From Auanema rhodensis (taxonomy: Eukaryota > Animalia > Nematoda), in contig OZ059900.1 in assembly GCA_964057225.1 (NCBI GenBank), positions 4,154,001 through 4,218,000 on the forward strand: 64,000 nt of DNA, in the 5' to 3' direction. The notes beneath the pieces were generated by a model that was given only the letters and a program-made list of their open reading frames with translations, was not told the DNA's origin and did not search any database. Positions 54,757-64,000 of this stretch are shown one piece after another (position 1 is the stretch's first letter; each line of letters opens with the position of its first letter). Both the position numbers and the translations under genes were made by a program.

Positions 54757-55600
54757 TACGAATGCCCCCGAATCGTCCCTATTAATCATTAATTCGACTC
54801 TCAAACCAATAAATAGAACCGAAGTCCTCTTTTATTATTCCATGATAGCACATACAAGCAATCGCTTGCTTTGAGCGCTTTGATTTATTCAAAGTAAACC
54901 CGAGCCAGTATACACACCGAAGTACATACACAAAACCGACAAAATAGACACATCTATGATTACCGGCAAGCCGTATCACAGAAAATGCCTCAGATCCAAC
55001 TACGAGCTTTTTAACTACAGCAATAACGTTTTACACTAGTGGAGCTGGAATTACCGCGGCTGCTGGCACCAGACTTGCCCTCCACTGGGTCCTTGTAGAG
55101 CTATTTAAGCTCAGCTCAGTGAAATAATCAATCTAAAAAGATTGATCTTTTTATTTTTAGTTACTATCTCACTGAAGTAGTGGATAAGTTACGCGCCTGC
55201 TGCCTTCCTTGGATGTGGTAGCCGTTTCTAAGGCTCCCTCTCCGGAGTCGAACCCTAATTCTCCGTTACCCGTGATCACCATGGTAAAACTCTATATTAC
55301 CATCAGGTTGATAGGGCAAACATTAATCTCGAAAAAAGACAGTAAAACCGTCGATTAACTGGGTTATTCAGAGTCAACAAACATTAAATTGGTTTGTACT
55401 AATAACTGCGTTGAACTTGGGAAGAAGAACAACTATTAAGCATGTATTAGCTCCAGAATTACCACAGTTATCCATAGAAATCGAGAAAAATCATATCTGC
55501 TCTAATGAGCCGTTCGCAGTTTCTCAAAAATAATGAACTTTATACATGCATGGCTTAATCTTTTACTTGAGCATACAGCGCTGACAGAATCAATCAGATT
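54757..55600 (-). rRNA. 18S 5' fragment (truncated)
   Basis: Copy of 2866-3709. Confidence 0.97.
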
Positions 55601-57639
55601 CGCAATAGAGAATCCATTATTTCTTACTAAACAATATAAATATCGAGAAGTAGAATAATTTTTTTTTCCCAATTCACCAAAAAAATTAAGAAAGTTGAAA
55701 AATCACACAGAAACGACACATTATAGAAAATATTCACATTTTTCAATGTGAACAAGTAAAATTGCAGATAACGAAAATTATTGTAAAAATTTTCTCCTGC
55801 TACCTTACGATTGTGATATCGTTTCGGTGAATAGTGTAACAATCTTCAGATATTATTTCATAATGTTTATATTCCGATGAAACATTCCAGTAAAAATTTT
55901 ATGTAAAATACTTTTCCTGCAAAAATACACCTACAAACTACTTTTCCTGCAAAATTACACGAAAAAAAAATTTTCCTGCAAAAATACACAAAGAAAAAGT
56001 TTTCATGTATAAATACACGAAAAATAATTTTTCCTGCAAAAATACACAAAGAAAAAGTTTTCATGTATAAATACACAAAGAAAAAGTTTTCATGTATAAA
56101 TACACGAAGAAACTACTTTTCCTGCAAAAATACACAAAGAAAAAGTTTTCATGTATAAATACACGAAAAATAATTTTTCCTGCAAAAATACACAAAGAAA
56201 AAGTTTTCATGTATAAATACACAAAGAAAAAGTTTTCATGTATAAATACACGAAGAAACTACTTTTCCTGCAAAAATACACAAAGAAAAAGTTTTCATGT
56301 ATAAATACACGAAAAAAAGTTTTTCCTGCAAAAATACACGAAGAAACTACTTTTACCGCAAAAATACACGAAGAAACTACTTTTCCTGCAAAAATACACC
56401 TACAAATTACATTTCCTGCAAAAATACACGAAAAAAAATTTTTCCTGCAAAAATACACAAAGAAAAAGTTTTCATGTATAAACACACGAAAAAAAATTTT
56501 TCCTGCAAAAATACACGAAGAAACTACTTTTCTTGCAAAAATACACAAAGAAAAAGTTTTCCTGCAAATATACACGAAAAAAAATTTTTCCTGCAAAAAT
56601 ACACGAAAAAAAATTTTTCCTGCAAAAATACACGAAAAAAAATTTTTCCTACAAAAATTCTAAAAAAAAATTTTTCCCTTGTAAAAATTCACTAAAAAAT
56701 TTTTCTCCCTGCAAAAATGCGAAAAAAAAAAATTTATTCAGAAATACTTCCCCGAAGACATATGGTATCAAAATTTCGTTCCTCTCTCATTTACTTGATT
56801 GATTCTGTCAGCGCTGTATGCTCAAGTAAAAGATTAAGCCATGCATGTATAAAGTTCATCATTTTTGAGAAACTGCGATAGGCTCACAGCTCAGAGACCA
56901 AAAAAATTTTTTTTTCAACATGTTTTCACGATACTCTCAAAACATTTTTTACACATTTTTAAAGAGTTTTAACATTGGAATTGAGAAACAAAATTTTTTT
57001 TTTACTTGATTGATTCTGTCAGCGCTGTAGCTTTCGTCAAGGATTAAGCCATGCCAACCGGTCACCGACCACAAAAAAATTTTTTTCACGTACTTGATTG
57101 ATTCTGTCAGCGCTGTATGCTCAAGTAAAAGATTAAGCCATGCATGTAGAAAGTTGAACTTTTTAAGCCAAACCGCCAACCGACCAAAAATTTTGTCTAG
57201 TCAAAAATTATGGAAATTTTTGAAAAAATATGCAAATTTTTTTTTTCAAAACTATTTTTCAGAGTAGTCTTATTCTATTTTCTGACTCTTTTTACATATT
57301 TTACACTATATATGAAATATGTTTTGGAAAATTTCCCGATATGGCTTAATCCTTGAGGAAAGTTACAGCGCTGACAGAATCAATCAAGTAAAATTTGCCA
57401 TTTTTATCAAAATTTTTGATTTTTTAAATTAAAATTCTCGGGTGACCATTTATATGCGCTTTTTTTTGAAAAATGGTTCCAATATTCCAATAAAGTATAC
57501 TTTTTCTTACAAATAAAGTATACCTTTTCTTACAAATAAAGTATACCTTTTTTAAAATAAGGTATCAATATTGCTATCGCTATATACAATCAATAAAACG
57601 TTATTTGAAACAAGAATAAGGTATACTTTCAGGTATAAA

Positions 57640-57711
57640 ACAAAACATCCAATCAAAGGATAGTCTCAACAGATCGCAGTTTATAAAGACTGCTCTACTG
57701 GATACAACACC
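57640..57711 (-). rRNA. 28S 3'-terminal fragment
   Basis: Copy of 2794-2865. Confidence 0.88.
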
Positions 57712-58555
57712 TACGAATGCCCCCGAATCGTCCCTATTAATCATTAATTCGACTCTCAAACCAATAAATAGAACCGAAGTCCTCTTTTATTATTCCATGA
57801 TAGCACATACAAGCAATCGCTTGCTTTGAGCGCTTTGATTTATTCAAAGTAAACCCGAGCCAGTATACACACCGAAGTACATACACAAAACCGACAAAAT
57901 AGACACATCTATGATTACCGGCAAGCCGTATCACAGAAAATGCCTCAGATCCAACTACGAGCTTTTTAACTACAGCAATAACGTTTTACACTAGTGGAGC
58001 TGGAATTACCGCGGCTGCTGGCACCAGACTTGCCCTCCACTGGGTCCTTGTAGAGCTATTTAAGCTCAGCTCAGTGAAATAATCAATCTAAAAAGATTGA
58101 TCTTTTTATTTTTAGTTACTATCTCACTGAAGTAGTGGATAAGTTACGCGCCTGCTGCCTTCCTTGGATGTGGTAGCCGTTTCTAAGGCTCCCTCTCCGG
58201 AGTCGAACCCTAATTCTCCGTTACCCGTGATCACCATGGTAAAACTCTATATTACCATCAGGTTGATAGGGCAAACATTAATCTCGAAAAAAGACAGTAA
58301 AACCGTCGATTAACTGGGTTATTCAGAGTCAACAAACATTAAATTGGTTTGTACTAATAACTGCGTTGAACTTGGGAAGAAGAACAACTATTAAGCATGT
58401 ATTAGCTCCAGAATTACCACAGTTATCCATAGAAATCGAGAAAAATCATATCTGCTCTAATGAGCCGTTCGCAGTTTCTCAAAAATAATGAACTTTATAC
58501 ATGCATGGCTTAATCTTTTACTTGAGCATACAGCGCTGACAGAATCAATCAGATT
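57712..58555 (-). rRNA. 18S 5' fragment (truncated)
   Basis: Copy of 2866-3709. Confidence 0.97.
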
Positions 58556-60594
58556 CGCAATAGAGAATCCATTATTTCTTACTAAACAATATAAATATCG
58601 AGAAGTAGAATAATTTTTTTTTCCCAATTCACCAAAAAAATTAAGAAAGTTGAAAAATCACACAGAAACGACACATTATAGAAAATATTCACATTTTTCA
58701 ATGTGAACAAGTAAAATTGCAGATAACGAAAATTATTGTAAAAATTTTCTCCTGCTACCTTACGATTGTGATATCGTTTCGGTGAATAGTGTAACAATCT
58801 TCAGATATTATTTCATAATGTTTATATTCCGATGAAACATTCCAGTAAAAATTTTATGTAAAATACTTTTCCTGCAAAAATACACCTACAAACTACTTTT
58901 CCTGCAAAATTACACGAAAAAAAAATTTTCCTGCAAAAATACACAAAGAAAAAGTTTTCATGTATAAATACACGAAAAATAATTTTTCCTGCAAAAATAC
59001 ACAAAGAAAAAGTTTTCATGTATAAATACACAAAGAAAAAGTTTTCATGTATAAATACACGAAGAAACTACTTTTCCTGCAAAAATACACAAAGAAAAAG
59101 TTTTCATGTATAAATACACGAAAAATAATTTTTCCTGCAAAAATACACAAAGAAAAAGTTTTCATGTATAAATACACAAAGAAAAAGTTTTCATGTATAA
59201 ATACACGAAGAAACTACTTTTCCTGCAAAAATACACAAAGAAAAAGTTTTCATGTATAAATACACGAAAAAAAGTTTTTCCTGCAAAAATACACGAAGAA
59301 ACTACTTTTACCGCAAAAATACACGAAGAAACTACTTTTCCTGCAAAAATACACCTACAAATTACATTTCCTGCAAAAATACACGAAAAAAAATTTTTCC
59401 TGCAAAAATACACAAAGAAAAAGTTTTCATGTATAAACACACGAAAAAAAATTTTTCCTGCAAAAATACACGAAGAAACTACTTTTCTTGCAAAAATACA
59501 CAAAGAAAAAGTTTTCCTGCAAATATACACGAAAAAAAATTTTTCCTGCAAAAATACACGAAAAAAAATTTTTCCTGCAAAAATACACGAAAAAAAATTT
59601 TTCCTACAAAAATTCTAAAAAAAAATTTTTCCCTTGTAAAAATTCACTAAAAAATTTTTCTCCCTGCAAAAATGCGAAAAAAAAAAATTTATTCAGAAAT
59701 ACTTCCCCGAAGACATATGGTATCAAAATTTCGTTCCTCTCTCATTTACTTGATTGATTCTGTCAGCGCTGTATGCTCAAGTAAAAGATTAAGCCATGCA
59801 TGTATAAAGTTCATCATTTTTGAGAAACTGCGATAGGCTCACAGCTCAGAGACCAAAAAAATTTTTTTTTCAACATGTTTTCACGATACTCTCAAAACAT
59901 TTTTTACACATTTTTAAAGAGTTTTAACATTGGAATTGAGAAACAAAATTTTTTTTTTACTTGATTGATTCTGTCAGCGCTGTAGCTTTCGTCAAGGATT
60001 AAGCCATGCCAACCGGTCACCGACCACAAAAAAATTTTTTTCACGTACTTGATTGATTCTGTCAGCGCTGTATGCTCAAGTAAAAGATTAAGCCATGCAT
60101 GTAGAAAGTTGAACTTTTTAAGCCAAACCGCCAACCGACCAAAAATTTTGTCTAGTCAAAAATTATGGAAATTTTTGAAAAAATATGCAAATTTTTTTTT
60201 TCAAAACTATTTTTCAGAGTAGTCTTATTCTATTTTCTGACTCTTTTTACATATTTTACACTATATATGAAATATGTTTTGGAAAATTTCCCGATATGGC
60301 TTAATCCTTGAGGAAAGTTACAGCGCTGACAGAATCAATCAAGTAAAATTTGCCATTTTTATCAAAATTTTTGATTTTTTAAATTAAAATTCTCGGGTGA
60401 CCATTTATATGCGCTTTTTTTTGAAAAATGGTTCCAATATTCCAATAAAGTATACTTTTTCTTACAAATAAAGTATACCTTTTCTTACAAATAAAGTATA
60501 CCTTTTTTAAAATAAGGTATCAATATTGCTATCGCTATATACAATCAATAAAACGTTATTTGAAACAAGAATAAGGTATACTTTCAGGTATAAA

Positions 60595-60666
60595 ACAAAA
60601 CATCCAATCAAAGGATAGTCTCAACAGATCGCAGTTTATAAAGACTGCTCTACTGGATACAACACC
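60595..60666 (-). rRNA. 28S 3'-terminal fragment
   Basis: Copy of 2794-2865. Confidence 0.88.
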
Positions 60667-61510
60667 TACGAATGCCCCCGAATCGTCCCTATTAATCATT
60701 AATTCGACTCTCAAACCAATAAATAGAACCGAAGTCCTCTTTTATTATTCCATGATAGCACATACAAGCAATCGCTTGCTTTGAGCGCTTTGATTTATTC
60801 AAAGTAAACCCGAGCCAGTATACACACCGAAGTACATACACAAAACCGACAAAATAGACACATCTATGATTACCGGCAAGCCGTATCACAGAAAATGCCT
60901 CAGATCCAACTACGAGCTTTTTAACTACAGCAATAACGTTTTACACTAGTGGAGCTGGAATTACCGCGGCTGCTGGCACCAGACTTGCCCTCCACTGGGT
61001 CCTTGTAGAGCTATTTAAGCTCAGCTCAGTGAAATGATCAATCTAAAAAGATTGATCTTTTTATTTTTAGTTACTATCTCACTGAAGTAGTGGATAAGTT
61101 ACGCGCCTGCTGCCTTCCTTGGATGTGGTAGCCGTTTCTAAGGCTCCCTCTCCGGAGTCGAACCCTAATTCTCCGTTACCCGTGATCACCATGGTAAAAC
61201 TCTATATTACCATCAGGTTGATAGGGCAAACATTAATCTCGAAAAAAGACAGTAAAACCGTCGATTAACTGGGTTATTCAGAGTCAACAAACATTAAATT
61301 GGTTTGTACTAATAACTGCGTTGAACTTGGGAAGAAGAACAACTATTAAGCATGTATTAGCTCCAGAATTACCACAGTTATCCATAGAAATCGAGAAAAA
61401 TCATATCTGCTCTAATGAGCCGTTCGCAGTTTCTCAAAAATAATGAACTTTATACATGCATGGCTTAATCTTTTACTTGAGCATACAGCGCTGACAGAAT
61501 CAATCAGATT
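60667..61510 (-). rRNA. 18S 5' fragment (truncated)
   Basis: Copy of 2866-3709 with one substitution noticed at 61036. Confidence 0.97.
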
Positions 61511-61815
61511 CGCAATAGAGAATCCATTATTTCTTACTAAACAATATAAATATCGAGAAGTAGAATAATTTTTTTTTCCCAATTCACCAAAAAAATTAAG
61601 AAAGTTGAAAAATCACACAGAAACGACACATTATAGAAAATATTCACATTTTTCAATGTGAACAAGTAAAATTGCAGATAACGAAAATTATTGTAAAAAT
61701 TTTCTCCTGCTACCTTACGATTGTGATATCGTTTCGGTGAATAGTGTAACAATCTTCAGATATTATTTCATAATGTTTATATTCCGATGAAACATTCCAG
61801 TAAAAATTTTATGTA

Positions 61816-63206
61816 AAATACTTTTCCTGCAAAAATACACCTACAAACTACTTTTCCTGCAAAATTACACGAAAAAAAATTTTTCCTGCAAAAATACACA
61901 AAGAAAAAGTTTTCATGTATAAATACACGAAAAATAATTTTTCCTGCAAAAATACACAAAGAAAAAGTTTTCATGTATAAATACACAAAGAAAAAGTTTT
62001 CATGTATAAATACACGAAGAAACTACTTTTCCTGCAAAAATACACAAAGAAAAAGTTTTCATGTATAAATACACGAAAAATAATTTTTCCTGCAAAAATA
62101 CACGAAGAAACTACTTTTACCGCAAAAATACACGAAGAAACTACTTTTCCTGCAAAAATACACCTACAAACTACTTTTCCTGCAAAAATACACGAAAAAA
62201 AATTTTTCCTGCAAAAATACACAAAGAAAAAGTTTTCATGTATAAATACACGAAAAAAAATTTTTCCTGCAAAAATACACGAAGAAACTACTTTTCTTGC
62301 AAAAATACACAAAGAAAAAGTTTTCCTGCAAATATACACGAAAAAAAATTTTTCCTGCAAAAATACACCTACAAACTACTTTTACCGCAAAAATACACGA
62401 AGAAACTACTTTTCCTGCAAAAATACACCTACAAACTACTTTTCCTGCAAAAATACACGAAAAAAAATTTTTCCTGCAAAAATACACAAAGAAAAAGTTT
62501 TCATGTATAAATACAAGAAAAAAAAGTTTTCATGTATAAATACACGAAGAAACTACTTTTCCTGCAAAAATACACAAAGAAAAAGTTTTCATGTATAAAT
62601 ACACGAAAAAAAATTTTTCCTGCAAAAATACACGAAGAAACTACTTTTACCGCAAAATTACACGAAGAAACTACTTTTCCTGCAAAAATACACCTACAAA
62701 TTACATTTCCTGCAAAAATACACGAAAAAAAATTTTTCCTGCAAAAATACACAAAGAAAAAGTTTTCATGTATAAATACACGAAAAAAAATTTTTCCTGC
62801 AAAAATACACGAAGAAACTACTTTTCTTGCAAAAATACACAAAGAAAAAGTTTTCCTGCAAATATACACGAAAAAAAATTTTTCCTGCAAAAATACACAA
62901 AAAAACATTTTTCCTGCAAAAATACACGAAGAAACTACTTTTCCTGCAAAAATACACAAAGAAAAAGTTTTCATGTATAAATACACGAAAAAAAATTTTT
63001 CCTGCAAAAATACACCAAGAAACTACTTTTCCTGCAAAAATACACAAAAAAAACTTTTTCCTGCAAAAATACACGAAAAAAAATTTTTCCTACAAAAATA
63101 CACAAAAAAAAATTTTTCCCTGCAAAAATTCTAAAAAAAAATTTTTCCCTTGTAAAAATTCACTAAAAAATTTTTCTCCCTGCAAAAATGCGAAAAAAAA
63201 AAATTT
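61816..63206. repeat. IGS minisatellite array, divergent variant shared with the array at ~49.6-50.8 kb
   Basis: Private monomers ACAAGAAAAAAAAGTTTTC, AAAACATTTTTCC and CACCAAGAAAC are seen only in these two units. Confidence 0.9.
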
Positions 63207-64000
63207 ATTCAGAAATACTTCCCCGAAGACATATGGTATCAAAATTTCGTTCCTCTCTCATTTACTTGATTGATTCTGTCAGCGCTGTATGCTCAAGTAA
63301 AAGATTAAGCCATGCATGTATAAAGTTCATCATTTTTGAGAAACTGCGATAGGCTCACAGCTCAGAGACCAAAAAAATTTCCAAGTCCAAAAAAAATTTT
63401 TTTTTCAACATGTTTTCACGATACTCTCAAAACATTTTTTACACATTTTTAAAGAGTTTTAACATTGGAATTGAGAAACAAAATTTTTTTTTTACTTGAT
63501 TGATTCTGTCAGCGCTGTAGCTTTCGTCAAGGATTAAGCCATGCCAACCGCTCACCGACCACAAAAAAATTTTTTTCACGTACTTGATTGATTCTGTCAG
63601 CGCTGTATGCTCAAGTAAAAGATTAAGCCATGCATGTAGAAAGTTGAACTTTTTAAGCCAAACCGCCAACCGACCAAAAATTTTGTCTAGTCAAAAATTA
63701 TGGAAATTTTTGAAAAAATATGCAAATTTTTTTTTTCAAAACTATTTTTCAGAGTAGTCTTATTCTATTTTCTGACTCTTTTTACATGTTTTACACTATA
63801 TATGAAATATGTTTTGGAAAATTTCCCGATATGGCTTAATCCTTGAGGAAAGCTACAGCGCTGACAGAATCAATCAAGTAAAATTTGCCATTTTTATCAA
63901 AATTTTTGATTTTTTAAATTAAAATTCTCGGGTGACCATTTATATGCGCTTTTTTTTGAAAAATGGTTCCAATATTCCAATAAAGTATACTTTTTCTTAC

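Larger units (their letters stand above)
1..64000 (-). repeat. Tandem array of ~21 internally deleted rDNA-derived units (mini-rDNA)
   Basis: Identical anchors recur with spacings 3004,3004,3004,2888,3062,3355,3027,2975,2888,2888,3062,3004,2888,3651,2840,3043,3357,2955,2955,2955 bp. All units are in the same orientation and the array runs off both window ends. Confidence 0.98.

Noticed and set aside
1-64000. PCR/primer concatemer or collapsed-assembly artefact
   Set aside because: The spacer copies are longer than primers and mutually diverged, and units carry linked, nested variants consistent with real recombination history. Raw-read confirmation is still needed.

Overview
The whole window is a head-to-tail tandem array of about 21 units (2,840-3,651 bp, mode about 3.0 kb) derived from eukaryotic rDNA. 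The 18S 5' end (CTGATTGATTCTGTCAGCGC...GCTCAAGTAAAAGATTAAGCC) and the 28S 3' end are Caenorhabditis-like, which points to a clade V rhabditid nematode. It is not a normal rDNA array. Read on the minus strand, each unit has five parts: (1) an array of 29-30 bp spacer subrepeats; (2) about 300 bp of putative promoter/5'ETS; (3) the first 844 nt of 18S fused directly to the last ~72 nt of 28S, with the 3' half of 18S, ITS1, 5.8S, ITS2 and nearly all of 28S absent; (4) 23-bp repeats at the expected terminator position; (5) a cluster of four short copies of the 18S 5' end, three antisense and one sense to the rRNA. The 916-bp chimera has identical length in all 20 complete copies, and unit-length variation comes almost entirely from the spacer minisatellite. 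There are no credible protein-coding genes. The best candidate for an undescribed system is this amplified, homogenised 'mini-rDNA' carrying built-in inverted copies of the 18S 5' end, which could make hairpin or antisense RNA. Any function is inference only.
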